Part shown: one piece after another, positions 35,147 through 45,762 of the stretch
How positions within the stretch are numbered: position 1 is the first letter of the stretch
Layout: every line of letters begins with the position of its first letter
Assembly: GCA_964515005.1 (NCBI GenBank)
Contig: CAZEVT010000004.1
Span: forward strand, 4,302-68,301
Length of the DNA stretch: 64,000 bases
Direction of reading: 5' to 3'
Origin: an uncultured Gammaproteobacteria bacterium
GTDB taxonomy: Bacteria; Patescibacteriota; Microgenomatia; UBA10105; UBA927
Made by a program: the position numbers and the translations under genes
Notes under the pieces: model-generated
What the model was told of the DNA's origin: nothing
Database searches by the model: none
What the model saw: the letters and a program-made list of their open reading frames with translations, nothing else

Positions 35147-36274
35147 ATGAAATTTCTTCGCATTCTTCTTATCTGCTGCCTCGTTTTTCTGGCCGTTACC
35201 ACGGCGGCGTTTGCCGATGAGATCGGGGATAAGATCCAGGAGTACACCAAGAAAATTGCGGAGCTTCAAGGGCAGGAACATACGCTTTCCAATCAGATAA
35301 ACCTTCTTAATTCCCAAATTTCCCTGGCGACGCTTCGGATTAACACCATCCGCGGCCAGATTGATAAGCTGTCAACCGAAATTGATGAGCTCAACGGCGA
35401 AATTGACCGGCTGGAGGAGCTCAAAACCAAACGGCTCGAACTTGTGCTTCACCGGATTCCCGAATCGTACAAGAGGAGCCGCGTGCCGCAAATCGGGCTT
35501 CTTTTCTTCAGTAAAAATTTTTCAGACTTTGTGGCCCGTCTACAGTACTTACGCACCGTGGAGGAAGAAGACGCCTTAAACTACCGCAAATTGCAGGACA
35601 CGCAGGATCAGTACAATGAGAGGAAGAGCCTGCGGGAGAAAAAGAAGGATCAAAGCGAAGCCCTGAAGCGTGAACTGGAGAAAGAATCGGTCGCCCTTGC
35701 CCAGCAGAAAAAAAATAAACAGGTGCTTCTGGACGAGACGCGAAACAGCGAGACGGTGTATCAACGGCTTCTTGCCCAGGCACTTGCAGAAAAACAGGCA
35801 CTGGAGCGCGCGCTCGTGGATTCCGTAAAGGTCGGGCCGGTAAATAAAGGAGACCCGATTGCGCTGGTTGGGAATTCCGGGTATCCGGGGTGTTCAACAG
35901 GCGCCCATCTTCACTTTGAAGTGCGGAAAAACAACGCATGGGTTGATCCGGGAAGTTATTTGTCCGGGAAAACGGTCTTTGATGAGCAAACGAGTAGTAA
36001 CATGGGTATCGGTTCGGGTTCATGGGACTGGCCGCTATCGGACCCCATTCGTCTCACCCAGCGCTTTGGCCACACACCATGGAGCTACCGGTATAGCTAC
36101 TCAGGAGGGATTCATACAGGCTTTGATATGACCAGCGGAAGTTCCGTCATCCGCGCTCCTCAAAGCGGGACGCTGTACTCCTCTTCGCAAGCTTGCGGCG
36201 GCAGTAGTATCATAAAGATAAAGTACATAGACCACGGAGACGGGGTCTTGAGTTTTTATCTGCATGTGCAGTAA
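35147..36274 (+). CDS. coiled-coil M23 (LytM) peptidase, EnvC-like
   Basis: long N-terminal coiled coil; C-terminal HLHFEVRKNNAWVDP M23 motif; directly follows ftsEX. Confidence 0.85.
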   Translation: MKFLRILLICCLVFLAVTTAAFADEIGDKIQEYTKKIAELQGQEHTLSNQINLLNSQISLATLRINTIRGQIDKLSTEIDELNGEIDRLEELKTKRLELVLHRIPESYKRSRVPQIGLLFFSKNFSDFVARLQYLRTVEEEDALNYRKLQDTQDQYNERKSLREKKKDQSEALKRELEKESVALAQQKKNKQVLLDETRNSETVYQRLLAQALAEKQALERALVDSVKVGPVNKGDPIALVGNSGYPGCSTGAHLHFEVRKNNAWVDPGSYLSGKTVFDEQTSSNMGIGSGSWDWPLSDPIRLTQRFGHTPWSYRYSYSGGIHTGFDMTSGSSVIRAPQSGTLYSSSQACGGSSIIKIKYIDHGDGVLSFYLHVQ

Positions 36275-36995
36275 AATCGGACTGATTTTTCTTTTTTTCC
36301 TTTTTGTAGTTCCCGTATTTGCTGTTTCGGTAATTGTCACAGACGTGCCTTCTCCTATTTCTGCTATTCCTTTCCCTGTGACTGTTTCCGTGTATGGAGC
36401 AAATTCCGGGAAAAATTATTTTCGGGTGGATTTGTTTAAAGACGGGACATCTAATTACTTTGGAGAAACATATAATGGAAGTGAATGGTATTTTGGATCT
36501 GTCGGTACTTCATATTTTCCGATAGATATAACATCTTCAGCGACTACTGCCTCGGCTACTTTTCAGGCGCAGATAGGGGAGCCAACCTCTGCCGAATATC
36601 CCGGGCCCGGCGCTTATAAATTAAGAATTAGAAGGTATACCTCGGCCTCAAGTTACTCACCAAGTAGTTTGTATGATGTGACTATAGATATTCCGATGCC
36701 CACCCCGACACCGACTCCTACGTCTACATCTGTAAATACTCCGACGCCTACCGTGGCACTCACTCCGACAAAAACGCCCACGCCGACCCCGATACGTACC
36801 CCCACACCAATCAAAATTGCTACCCCCACAACACATGCAACAGAAACCGCGGTGTTGGGGTTGACTGATGAGGTTGATCCACCGGCAAGCGCGAGTAGCA
36901 CGTCCCGTCCGCTTATGCCCGTCGCCATCTCATTGCTTCTTATCGGTTTGGGCTTGGGAATTTTGTCTTTAGCCTTTATACTAAAGAAGAAATGA
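36264..36995 (+). CDS. Pro/Thr-rich secreted protein with a C-terminal membrane anchor
   Basis: signal peptide, PTPTPTPT linker, C-terminal hydrophobic helix followed by KKK. Confidence 0.55.
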   Translation: MCSKIGLIFLFFLFVVPVFAVSVIVTDVPSPISAIPFPVTVSVYGANSGKNYFRVDLFKDGTSNYFGETYNGSEWYFGSVGTSYFPIDITSSATTASATFQAQIGEPTSAEYPGPGAYKLRIRRYTSASSYSPSSLYDVTIDIPMPTPTPTPTSTSVNTPTPTVALTPTKTPTPTPIRTPTPIKIATPTTHATETAVLGLTDEVDPPASASSTSRPLMPVAISLLLIGLGLGILSLAFILKKK

Positions 36996-37363
36996 AATAT
37001 ATTCGATCTTGGGGGCCGGTAGTAGCATGGATGGTTATTATTTTTCTCTTTTCTTCGCGACCGAGCACCGAAGTATCATCCGAACAAATCCTTAATTTTC
37101 TGTTTTTCAAATCTCTGCACGTTTTGGAGTATGCCGCATTATTTTTTCTTACGTATCGGGCTACGAAGCGGGTGGTATTGTCTTTTGTCATTACGATTCT
37201 GTATGCCGCCAGCGACGAGATCCACCAACTGTATGTGCCAACAAGGGAAGGGAAGGTGCGGGATGTTATAATTGACACATTAGGGGCGACTCTCGCATGG
37301 ATAACAATCGCGAAATTATTACCAAAAATGCCCAAGAAACTGCAGAAGTGGGCGCGCGCCTAG
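36992..37363 (+). CDS. VanZ-family membrane protein
   Basis: AASDEIHQLYVPTREGKVRDVIIDTLG VanZ signature. Confidence 0.7.
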   Translation: MKYIRSWGPVVAWMVIIFLFSSRPSTEVSSEQILNFLFFKSLHVLEYAALFFLTYRATKRVVLSFVITILYAASDEIHQLYVPTREGKVRDVIIDTLGATLAWITIAKLLPKMPKKLQKWARA

Positions 37364-37728
37364 CAGGGGAGCGGCCGCGGCTCGTCTGCCTCTATGGAGA
37401 ATTGGGAAGCGGCAAGACGACATTCACCCAGGGGTTTGCAAAAGCGCTGGGCGTAAAAAACAGACTTCTCTCCCCCACCTTCATAATTGTGCGACGTTAT
37501 GATTTACCCAAGAACCTTTTGTTTTATCACGTCGATCTGTATCGCCTGAATTCAACTGATGAAATGGAAGAGTTAGGGCTATCCGAGATATTTTCAGATC
37601 CGCAGGCGTTCGTGGTCGTCGAATGGGCTGACAAGTTGGGGGATCTGTTGCCAACGAATCGAATAGATATTCATTTTTCGGTAGTGGATAATGAAAAACA
37701 CAAACTTACAATTACAAAAGGCAATTGA
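37297..37728 (+). CDS. tsaE: tRNA t6A biosynthesis ATPase TsaE
   Basis: LYGELGSGKTTFTQGFAKALG P-loop with TsaE spacing; overlaps the vanZ-like gene by 67 nt. Confidence 0.85.
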   Translation: MDNNREIITKNAQETAEVGARLAGERPRLVCLYGELGSGKTTFTQGFAKALGVKNRLLSPTFIIVRRYDLPKNLLFYHVDLYRLNSTDEMEELGLSEIFSDPQAFVVVEWADKLGDLLPTNRIDIHFSVVDNEKHKLTITKGN

Positions 37729-38272
37729 GGTCGCGCGCGCCGGCGGAATAATCATTTTTCCGACCGATACGGCGTTTGGCATAGGGTGCAGGATAGACAA
37801 CCGCGAAGCGGTTGATAGACTGTTTGCAATAAGACGTCGTCCGCTGGCGCAGCCAATGCCGGTACTGGTTGACTCGGAAACTATGGCCCTTTCCTTTTTT
37901 GATTCCCCTTCAGATGTTGTGCGACGTCTTATACGAATGTATTGGCCCGGAGGACTCACGATCATTGCCCCGTGCAAAAAAAATATGATGTACTCCCCTA
38001 TTCGTGCGGGAGGCGAGACGGTTGGTCTTCGGATGCCCGATCACGAAACAATATTGCAAATCATCAAAGGGGTGGGTGTGCCGATATTGGGTCCGTCTGC
38101 CAACTTTCACGGTGACCCGACTCCCTACAGGTTTGAAGATATCAATCCGGAACTTGTTACGCTTGTCGATTACGTTGTGCCGGGTGAGTGTACGTTGAAG
38201 CAGGCCTCAACGGTTGTTGACTGTTCCGTGGATCCGTATAAAATAATCCGCCAGGGCGCGGTGAAGATATGA
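37691..38272 (+). CDS. tsaC: L-threonylcarbamoyladenylate synthase TsaC/YrdC
   Basis: IIFPTDTAFGIGC YrdC motif. Confidence 0.85.
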   Translation: MKNTNLQLQKAIEVARAGGIIIFPTDTAFGIGCRIDNREAVDRLFAIRRRPLAQPMPVLVDSETMALSFFDSPSDVVRRLIRMYWPGGLTIIAPCKKNMMYSPIRAGGETVGLRMPDHETILQIIKGVGVPILGPSANFHGDPTPYRFEDINPELVTLVDYVVPGECTLKQASTVVDCSVDPYKIIRQGAVKI

Positions 38273-38583
38273 AAGATATCACACTAAAAATTGATACCTC
38301 TGAAATCAATACCGCCAAAGTCGCGGTGACGATTGAGGGGAAACGATTTGAAAAAACAAGCGAGTCGCGGGTGATGAAGTCACAGATGGTGCTGCCGCTT
38401 ATTGAATCGCTCCTTGCGGAGCACCAGATGAAGCTTACTGACGTGACTAGGATTGAAGTTGCGACCGGTCCGGGCTCGTTTACAGGACTCCGTGTCGGAA
38501 CGACCGTCGCCAACGCGCTTGGATTTTTACTGGATGTCCCGGTCAACGGGAAAAAGACCCTTGCTATTCCTACGTATCAGTGA
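38269..38583 (+). CDS. tsaB: TsaB-like protein, N-terminal half only (104 aa)
   Basis: ATGPGSFTGLRVGTTVANALG matches the TsaB/YeaZ N-domain; no C-terminal half. Confidence 0.65.
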   Translation: MKDITLKIDTSEINTAKVAVTIEGKRFEKTSESRVMKSQMVLPLIESLLAEHQMKLTDVTRIEVATGPGSFTGLRVGTTVANALGFLLDVPVNGKKTLAIPTYQ

Positions 38584-38621
38584 TATCTATGATATAGTAG
38601 AAATTATTCGAAAGGAGTTCT

Positions 38622-39188
38622 ATGGCAGAAGAAACAAAGAAAGAAAAGAAAAAAACCAGTCCGCTGGTGTTTATAGGTATCGGATGTTTAGTGCTCATTG
38701 TGCTTTTTGGTATCGGGAGTGCGGTGGTTGGTAAGTTTTTTGCTAAGAAGTTTGTATCGGGTGTCATAGAAAGTAAAACTGGGATTAAAACAAATATCCA
38801 GGACCTGGAGCAAGGGAAAATGACGTTCACCGATGAGAAAACCGGAACGAAGGTGGATATTGGTACAAACAAGGTACCGGATACCTTCCCGAAGGAATTT
38901 CCTCTCTATCCGGGCGCCAAGGTAACCAGCGCGCTGTCAGGCGAAGCGTCGGGGAAAAGCAACGGGTTCTGGCTGACTATGTCAACCCCTGATTCGGTCG
39001 ATAAAGTCGCGGGTTTTTACAAAAGTCAGTTTGCGGCGGCTGGTTGGGCTGTCGAGGCCACCTATACCGCAAGCGGTACGACAACGGAAACTGTGTCTAA
39101 AGACAAATGGAAGGGCTCGCTTGCGATATCACGTGATGAGAGTTCCAAAGACACACAGATCGTGATTATCCTAGGTCAGGAAGATTAA
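38622..39188 (+). CDS. membrane-anchored hypothetical protein
   Basis: N-terminal TM helix (LVFIGIGCLVLIVLFGIGSAVV). Confidence 0.5.
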   Translation: MAEETKKEKKKTSPLVFIGIGCLVLIVLFGIGSAVVGKFFAKKFVSGVIESKTGIKTNIQDLEQGKMTFTDEKTGTKVDIGTNKVPDTFPKEFPLYPGAKVTSALSGEASGKSNGFWLTMSTPDSVDKVAGFYKSQFAAAGWAVEATYTASGTTTETVSKDKWKGSLAISRDESSKDTQIVIILGQED

Positions 39189-39208
39189 TAATGCTATGAT
39201 GGTTTGGT

Positions 39209-40150
39209 ATGGCTAGGATTAATCTGCTTGTCCACCTATTCCTTCCCCATCACACGAACAACCACCGTGCCAAAGCGCTCCACATCGATGCGCTTCTTGC
39301 CTACGTTTTGGTGTTTGCCCTTTTTAATCTCGGCCTCAAAGCCATCCACAGAACAATTCCTGACGTCTTAGGATACGCCACAGACATCCATGTTGAACAA
39401 CTTCTTGCCGGAACAAACGCCAAACGCGCCGAAGCTGGGCTTTCGGCGTTGTCTCTCAACAGTAAACTTTCAGCGGCAGCAGCTGCCAAAGCCGGGGATA
39501 TGTTTGCCAAAGGCTATTGGGCACACAATAGCCCAACAGGGGCGACCCCGTGGGAGTTTATATCCGGCGCCGGATACCGCTATACCGTGGCAGGGGAAAA
39601 TCTTGCCAAAAATTTTTCAACGAGTGGCGCGGTTGTGGACGCGTGGATGGGGTCCCCCACACACCGGGCAAATGTGGTAAAACCTTCGTATAAAGAGGTA
39701 GGATTTGCGGTCGTCAACGGCACATTAAACGGTGAAGAAACGACCCTCGTGGTGCAAATGTTTGGGGCGTCAACAGGCGCACCGGTTGCCTCCGCTCCGC
39801 CTGCAGCTGTCAAGCAGGTTGAGGTTCCCAAAACTGCGGCTTCCGAGGAGACACCTCAAGTCGTCGTGACCCAAGCTCCCGTGCCACTGCCGACGTTGGC
39901 GCCTCTCGATGCGGCAGTCGTCAGCGGCTACCAGAGTGTGACCAAAAATCCAATCTTCAATATCCCCACGGTTTCCCGCGATATTGTATTTGCGTTTTTG
40001 GGTATCATGATGGGGCTCCTTTTAGTTGACGCGGTTGTCGCTTCCCGCCGTCATGTCGTGCGGATTGCCGGTCACAATATTGCGCATATGTTTTTCATGC
40101 TTGCTTTTTATATTCTGCTTTCCAGTGTGGAAAGGGGTAGGCTCTTATGA
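39209..40150 (+). CDS. CAP/SCP-domain extracellular protein with a C-terminal membrane region
   Basis: KGYWAHNSPTG...GENLAKNFS...WMGSPTHRANV CAP motifs. Confidence 0.75.
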   Translation: MARINLLVHLFLPHHTNNHRAKALHIDALLAYVLVFALFNLGLKAIHRTIPDVLGYATDIHVEQLLAGTNAKRAEAGLSALSLNSKLSAAAAAKAGDMFAKGYWAHNSPTGATPWEFISGAGYRYTVAGENLAKNFSTSGAVVDAWMGSPTHRANVVKPSYKEVGFAVVNGTLNGEETTLVVQMFGASTGAPVASAPPAAVKQVEVPKTAASEETPQVVVTQAPVPLPTLAPLDAAVVSGYQSVTKNPIFNIPTVSRDIVFAFLGIMMGLLLVDAVVASRRHVVRIAGHNIAHMFFMLAFYILLSSVERGRLL

Positions 40151-40398
40151 GGAAGACACATATTGCCCATCTGCTCGTTCTCATTGCAATGCTCGGGATT
40201 GCGGTCTGGGGGTTTTTTGCCGCCGCACCGAATGTCGTGTTGCAGCTTGGAATCGGCGTCGTTACCGCAGTGTCCTACGTGCTCTGGGGCATACTGCACC
40301 ACGCCAGTGAGGGCGATCTTCACCCAAAGATTGTGGTAGAATATATCCTCATAGGAGCGATTTCGATCGTACTGTTACTAACGGTACTCGGCTTCTGA
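40147..40398 (+). CDS. small two-TM membrane protein
   Basis: 4-nt overlap with the upstream gene; hydrophobic. Confidence 0.45.
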   Translation: MRKTHIAHLLVLIAMLGIAVWGFFAAAPNVVLQLGIGVVTAVSYVLWGILHHASEGDLHPKIVVEYILIGAISIVLLLTVLGF

Positions 40399-40422
40399 TA
40401 CAACCATGCGAAAGGAGAATCT

Positions 40423-41157
40423 ATGAAAGGTGTCATACTCGCCGGAGGACAAGCGACTCGGCTTCGTCCGCTCACTCTGGTTACCAACAAACATTTACTG
40501 CCGGTATATCGGAAACCGATGATTTATTATCCTCTGGAGGCCATGGCAAAAGCGGGAATTAAAGAAGTGCTTTTGACCACTTCTTCCGATCACGCCGGGC
40601 ATTTTGCAAACTTGCTTCAGGCAGGAGAAGAATTCGGTCTCCGCCTGTACTACGCAATCCAAAAAGAGCCCAAAGGCATCTCCCATGCCATCAGTCTTGC
40701 CGAAGAGTTTGCCCGGGACGAGTCCCTCCTGGTTATCTTGGGGGACAATATTTTTAATTTTGACCTCGCAAAATCGGTGAAAAAGCTTGAAGCCCAAGGC
40801 CACGGCGCCATGGTGTTTGGCGTCCATAAGGACACTGAATCAAAACACTACGGCGTTATAGAAGTAGACGCCGCGGGAAAAGTGGTGTCTATTGAGGAAA
40901 AACCGGCGCATCCCAAATCTGACATCGCCCAAACCGGGATATACATGTATGACAAAAAAGTATTTGATTATATTCGCACGCTCAAGCCGTCGGCGCGGGG
41001 TGAATATGAAGTGACGGATTTAAACAATTGTTATTTGCGTGAAGGAACACTGTCGTGTCAAGTCATCGACTGGTGGGTGGACGCGGGAACATCCCATGAT
41101 GAGCTCCTGCGTGCCAACGCAGAAGTTGCCCGGTTAGTGAAGGAAGGAAAATTATGA
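40423..41157 (+). CDS. rmlA: glucose-1-phosphate thymidylyltransferase-like nucleotidyltransferase
   Basis: MKGVILAGGQATRLRPLT...KPMIYYPL very close to the RmlA/RfbA N-terminus. Confidence 0.85.
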   Translation: MKGVILAGGQATRLRPLTLVTNKHLLPVYRKPMIYYPLEAMAKAGIKEVLLTTSSDHAGHFANLLQAGEEFGLRLYYAIQKEPKGISHAISLAEEFARDESLLVILGDNIFNFDLAKSVKKLEAQGHGAMVFGVHKDTESKHYGVIEVDAAGKVVSIEEKPAHPKSDIAQTGIYMYDKKVFDYIRTLKPSARGEYEVTDLNNCYLREGTLSCQVIDWWVDAGTSHDELLRANAEVARLVKEGKL

Positions 41158-41630
41158 TCGACGGCGTCCTCGTCAAGGAGCTCGTCCGTCACGATGACGA
41201 ACGGGGATTTTTTGAAGAAATGATCAGGAAGACCGACGAGTTTTTTAGCGAGGGATTCGGACAGGTATCTCATTCCTTCATGCAAGCAGGCGTGGTGAAG
41301 GCCTGGCATATTCATAAGACGCAGGTTGACTGGTGGTATGTCGTACGGGGGAAAATCAAAGCCGCGCTCTATGATACGCGGGAATCTTCGCCCACTTACA
41401 AGGAACTCAATGAGTTTACCTTGGGCGGAGAGGCGCCGGATAACAAGATAATTAAAATTCCTGCCGGGGTTGCCCACGGACTCAAGGTCATCGAAGGCCC
41501 TTCGGATCTCGTCTATGTGACAAGCGGGGTCTATGCAAAAGATGAGGAAGGTCGGATTGCCTATGATGATGCCACGATCGGCTACGATTGGGTGCAGGGG
41601 ATGCCCATAACCAACAAAAATATTACATGA
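41154..41630 (+). CDS. rmlC: dTDP-4-dehydrorhamnose 3,5-epimerase-like cupin
   Basis: cupin fold with the [17 protein letters not shown] motif. Confidence 0.75.
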   Translation: MIDGVLVKELVRHDDERGFFEEMIRKTDEFFSEGFGQVSHSFMQAGVVKAWHIHKTQVDWWYVVRGKIKAALYDTRESSPTYKELNEFTLGGEAPDNKIIKIPAGVAHGLKVIEGPSDLVYVTSGVYAKDEEGRIAYDDATIGYDWVQGMPITNKNIT

Positions 41631-42601
41631 AACTACTCGTTACCGGTGGCGCGGGGTTTATCGGCTCGAATTTTATCCTCTACTGGATGGCTGCCCACCC
41701 GGAAGATGACGTGACCAATCTGGATAAGCTCACCTACGCGGGAAACCTGGAAAATCTGGCTTCTGTTGAAAAGAATCCCAAGTACCATTTCATTCACGGC
41801 GATATTTGCGATCCTGCAGTCGTCAAGACCGCCATGGGCGGGGTAGACGTCGTCGTACATTTTGCGGCCGAAAGCCATGTCGACCGGTCTATTGATAACG
41901 CCGCTCCCTTTATTCAGACGAATGTCGTGGGTACACAGGTACTTCTTGACGCGGCGGTCGAGGCAAAGGTCTCGCGGTTTCATCATGTGTCAACAGATGA
42001 GGTATTCGGATCGCTTGAACTTGGTGATCCGAGTAAATTTAATGAACGAACACCATATGATCCCAGAAGCCCGTATTCGGCAAGCAAAGCAGGCTCCGAC
42101 CATTTAGTTCGCGCGTACTACCATACGTACGGCCTCCCCATAAGCATTACCAACTGTTCCAACAACTTCGGCCCGTATCATTTCCCTGAAAAGTTTATTC
42201 CCCTTGCCATTACCAATATTCTCGAGGGGAAGAAAGTGCCGGTCTACGGCGACGGGAAAAATGTTCGTGACTGGCTCTATGTCACCGATCACTGCCGCGC
42301 AATTGAAGCGGTGTTGACCCGCGGCAAAGTTGGCGACACGTATTGTATCGGCGGCATGAGTCGGGATGTAAATAATCTGGAAGTAATAAAAATGATTCTC
42401 CAAAAAATGGGGAAAGATGAGTCATTCATAGAATTCGTCAAAGACCGGCCTGGTCACGACCGTCGGTATGCAATGGATTACCGGAAGATTCATGACGAAC
42501 TCGGCTGGTCGCCGGAACACGACTTTGAGGAGTGGCTAACCAAGACGATTGATTGGTATAAAGAGCATGAATCCTGGTGGAAACCCCTTAAAAAAATATG
42601 A
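41627..42601 (+). CDS. rmlB: dTDP-glucose 4,6-dehydratase
   Basis: [16 protein letters not shown] Rossmann motif; YSASKA catalytic motif; ATGA overlap with rmlC. Confidence 0.9.
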   Translation: MKLLVTGGAGFIGSNFILYWMAAHPEDDVTNLDKLTYAGNLENLASVEKNPKYHFIHGDICDPAVVKTAMGGVDVVVHFAAESHVDRSIDNAAPFIQTNVVGTQVLLDAAVEAKVSRFHHVSTDEVFGSLELGDPSKFNERTPYDPRSPYSASKAGSDHLVRAYYHTYGLPISITNCSNNFGPYHFPEKFIPLAITNILEGKKVPVYGDGKNVRDWLYVTDHCRAIEAVLTRGKVGDTYCIGGMSRDVNNLEVIKMILQKMGKDESFIEFVKDRPGHDRRYAMDYRKIHDELGWSPEHDFEEWLTKTIDWYKEHESWWKPLKKI

Positions 42602-43473
42602 ATATTCTCGGTACCGGGCTTTCGGGACTCGTGGGATCGCGCGTCGTTGAACTCATGACAGGGGAATTTCAGTTTGAAAATTTGAGCCTCGAAACCGGCG
42701 TTGATATCACGAATATAGAAAGTGTCGATTCCTATTTTGCGAAATCCGCGGCTCCCTGGGTGTTTCATATGGCCGCCTACACCGACGTCCAGGGGGCAGA
42801 AAAAGAGCGCGACCTGGGCGAGGCGAGTACTGCCTGGATGGTAAACGTGAAGGCTACAGAAAACATCGTCGACAATTGCAGAAGGTTGGGTAAAAAACTC
42901 CTCTATATAGATACCGATTATGCGTTTGACGGCAAAAAGAAGTCATATGGCGAAGACGACGCGCCCAGTCCCCTCGGCTGGTATGCCAAAACGAAATCAG
43001 AAGGAGCCAAACGGGTACTGGCGTTAGGCGCGCAGGGACTCGTGATCAGAATTTCAAACCCCTACCGCGCGCATCCCGTGGGCAAGAAGGATTTTGTGCA
43101 TAAAATGCTTGAACGATTACTGGCAGGCCAACTGATAACGGGTGCGACCGATCAGCTTTTTACCCCGACATTCATTGATGATATTGCAGGAGCCCTTCGT
43201 ATTCTGGTTGCAAAAAATGCCAGCGGAATCTATCATGTGGTTTCGGCTCCCGCCATCTCTCCGTACGATGCCGCGATGCAAATTGCAGAAACATTTGGGT
43301 GTGATAAGACACTCGTGAAGACAACGACGTTTGCCGAAATGTTTGCGGGACGCGCGCCTGCTCCCCAGTATGCCGCACTCAAAAATGATAAGATTACGTC
43401 TCTGGGGGTGGCGATGCATTCGTTCGCCGAAGGAATTGCAGAGGTAAAAAAGCAGGAGGGTGTGATAAAATAA
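42598..43473 (+). CDS. rmlD: dTDP-4-dehydrorhamnose reductase-like
   Basis: short-chain SDR with GLVGSRV and YAKTK motifs; ATGA overlap. Confidence 0.75.
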   Translation: MNILGTGLSGLVGSRVVELMTGEFQFENLSLETGVDITNIESVDSYFAKSAAPWVFHMAAYTDVQGAEKERDLGEASTAWMVNVKATENIVDNCRRLGKKLLYIDTDYAFDGKKKSYGEDDAPSPLGWYAKTKSEGAKRVLALGAQGLVIRISNPYRAHPVGKKDFVHKMLERLLAGQLITGATDQLFTPTFIDDIAGALRILVAKNASGIYHVVSAPAISPYDAAMQIAETFGCDKTLVKTTTFAEMFAGRAPAPQYAALKNDKITSLGVAMHSFAEGIAEVKKQEGVIK

Positions 43474-43479
43474 TTTCTT

Positions 43480-44778
43480 ATGACTATTGCATTTATCGGA
43501 CATGGCTACGTGGGATTGGTTACCGCTTCAGTGTTTGCGGATCTTGGCAATACCGTATGGGTCGTGGGCAGGACGCCCGAGAAAATCGAGAAACTCAAAA
43601 AAGGCATCGCGCCGTTTTTTGAACCCGGGCTTTCGGAGCTCGTCAAACGAAATGTTCTCTCTGGGAGACTCAAATTTACGCTGGATTACCAAGAGGCGGT
43701 TAGTCCTTCCGATATCATATTCATTTGCGTCGGCACGCCTTCGGGGCAAAACGGCGAGGCGGATCTCACGAACGTTTACGAGGCCGCAGAAAGTATTGCG
43801 AGAAACATGGTGGGATACAAAGTCGTGGTGACCAAAAGCACCGTCCCACCGGGAACAAACAAAAAAGTCGGCGACATTATCGGAAAGTATAAAACCGAGG
43901 GGTCGTCCTTTGCCATTGCGTCTGTTCCTGAATTTCTGCGGGAGGGGTCGGCAATTGAAGACACGCTCCACCCTGACCGCGTGGTTATTGGCACGACATC
44001 TGACCGGGCCCGGGAACTCCTTCTTGAGTTGCATAAGCCGATTACGACCAAAATGGTACTGTGTAATGTAGAAACCGCTGAGCTTATTAAATACGCGTCC
44101 AATTCACTCCTGTCGACCAAGATTTCATTTGCCAATGCCATTGCCTTTTTGTCAGAGAAGGTTGGGGCAGACGCCGAGCGCGTGCTTGAGGCGGTGGGTT
44201 TGGACAAGAGACTCGGCAGAAGCTTCCTCTTCGCAGGAGTCGGCTACGGCGGCAGCTGTTTCCCCAAAGACGTGAAGGCGCTTGTTGCTATTTCCCAGGT
44301 CCACGGATATGATTTTAAACTTCTGAAGGCGGTGGACCAGATAAATACCGATACGGCAAAACACTTTGTCGATAAGATCGTCAGTCATTTTCACAAGAAG
44401 CTCCACGGGAAGAAGGTTGCGGTTTTGGGTCTTTCATTTAAGCCGAATACAGACGATATGCGGGAAGCTCCCTCAATAAATATTATTTCTTCACTCACCA
44501 AAGAAGGGGCGTCAGTCGTCGCCTATGATCCGGTCGCCATGGATAATGCCAAAAAGGTGTTGCCAAAAACTGTCTCGTATGCATCCGATGCATATGAAGC
44601 CGTACAAGACGCCGACGCGGTCGTTATCCTCACCGAATGGAATGAGTTCCGGCAGCTTGATTTGGTACGGCTCGCCAAAGGTTTGAAGCAACTGGTTTTG
44701 TTTGACGGAAGGAATATCTATGAGCCCGCAAAAATAAAACAGCTCGGATTTACGTATTACGGTGTGGGAAGAATGTGA
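43480..44778 (+). CDS. ugd: UDP-glucose 6-dehydrogenase
   Basis: IAFIGHGYVGLV N-terminus; GGSCFPKDV catalytic Cys motif. Confidence 0.9.
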   Translation: MTIAFIGHGYVGLVTASVFADLGNTVWVVGRTPEKIEKLKKGIAPFFEPGLSELVKRNVLSGRLKFTLDYQEAVSPSDIIFICVGTPSGQNGEADLTNVYEAAESIARNMVGYKVVVTKSTVPPGTNKKVGDIIGKYKTEGSSFAIASVPEFLREGSAIEDTLHPDRVVIGTTSDRARELLLELHKPITTKMVLCNVETAELIKYASNSLLSTKISFANAIAFLSEKVGADAERVLEAVGLDKRLGRSFLFAGVGYGGSCFPKDVKALVAISQVHGYDFKLLKAVDQINTDTAKHFVDKIVSHFHKKLHGKKVAVLGLSFKPNTDDMREAPSINIISSLTKEGASVVAYDPVAMDNAKKVLPKTVSYASDAYEAVQDADAVVILTEWNEFRQLDLVRLAKGLKQLVLFDGRNIYEPAKIKQLGFTYYGVGRM

Positions 44779-44795
44779 TACAATAAACGGAGCAT

Positions 44796-45752
44796 ATGGC
44801 AAAGAAAATACTTATTACCGGTATTGCTGGGTTTGTTGGAAGTCACTTGGCAGAGTTTCTTCTGAAAGAAGGGCATGAGATTTATGGGTTGGTACGTCCA
44901 AGAAGCAAAACCGATTACATAGAGCCGATTATAAGTAAACTCCATCTTGAGGACGCGGACCTCATGGATACGCATAGTTTGTATACCCTCATCTCCAAGA
45001 TTAAACCCGACTATATTTTTCATCTTGCGGCGCAATCATTTGTTCCCACCTCATGGGTGTCGCCGTCCGTCACGCTGGAAGTAAATATAGTGGGGAGCGC
45101 GAACTTGTTTGAAGCCGTACGGATGTCCGGCATAAGTCCCACAATTCAAATTGCCTGTTCGAGCGAAGAATACGGGCTCGTGCATCCGGATGAGCTGCCG
45201 ATCAAAGAGACTAATCCCTTGCGTCCGCTTTCCCCATATGCGGTGTCTAAGCTCGGGATGGATTATTTGGGCTATCAATATTATCAATCATACAAAATTC
45301 GCATTATGCGGACGCGTGGGTTTAACCACACAGGCCCCAGGCGAGGCGATACATTTGCCGAATCGAACTTTGCCAAACAAATTGCACTTATTGAAAAGGG
45401 GAAACAGGAGCCGGTCATTCATGTGGGTAATTTAGAGGCCTCCCGGGACTACACGGATGTCCGGGATATGGTCCGCGGATATTACTTGTCCGTTGAAAAA
45501 TGCGATCCGGGAGAGGTGTATAACATCTGCACCGGTAAGACGATAAAAATAGGCGACATGCTCAATCTTCTCCTTTCATTTTCCAAAAACAAAGTGACGA
45601 TCAAAGAAGACCCGTCGCGCATGCGGCCGTCTGACGTACCCGTCCTTTTAGGAGACAATACGAAGTTTGTAACAAAGACCGGTTGGAAACCCACAATCCC
45701 TTTCGAAAAGACAATGGAGGACCTCCTCAACTACTGGCGTGAGCGGGTCTGA
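44796..45752 (+). CDS. NAD-dependent sugar epimerase/dehydratase (GMD-like)
   Basis: ILITGIAGFVGSHLAEFLL...YAVSKL SDR extended-family motifs. Confidence 0.8.
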   Translation: MAKKILITGIAGFVGSHLAEFLLKEGHEIYGLVRPRSKTDYIEPIISKLHLEDADLMDTHSLYTLISKIKPDYIFHLAAQSFVPTSWVSPSVTLEVNIVGSANLFEAVRMSGISPTIQIACSSEEYGLVHPDELPIKETNPLRPLSPYAVSKLGMDYLGYQYYQSYKIRIMRTRGFNHTGPRRGDTFAESNFAKQIALIEKGKQEPVIHVGNLEASRDYTDVRDMVRGYYLSVEKCDPGEVYNICTGKTIKIGDMLNLLLSFSKNKVTIKEDPSRMRPSDVPVLLGDNTKFVTKTGWKPTIPFEKTMEDLLNYWRERV

Positions 45753-45762
45753 CGGGACACTT

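Noticed and set aside
36700-36850. Short periodic ACNCCNAC repeats, possible CRISPR-like or tandem-repeat DNA
   Set aside because: They are codon-level repetition encoding a PTPTPT linker inside an intact ORF; there are no spacer-repeat units or cas genes.
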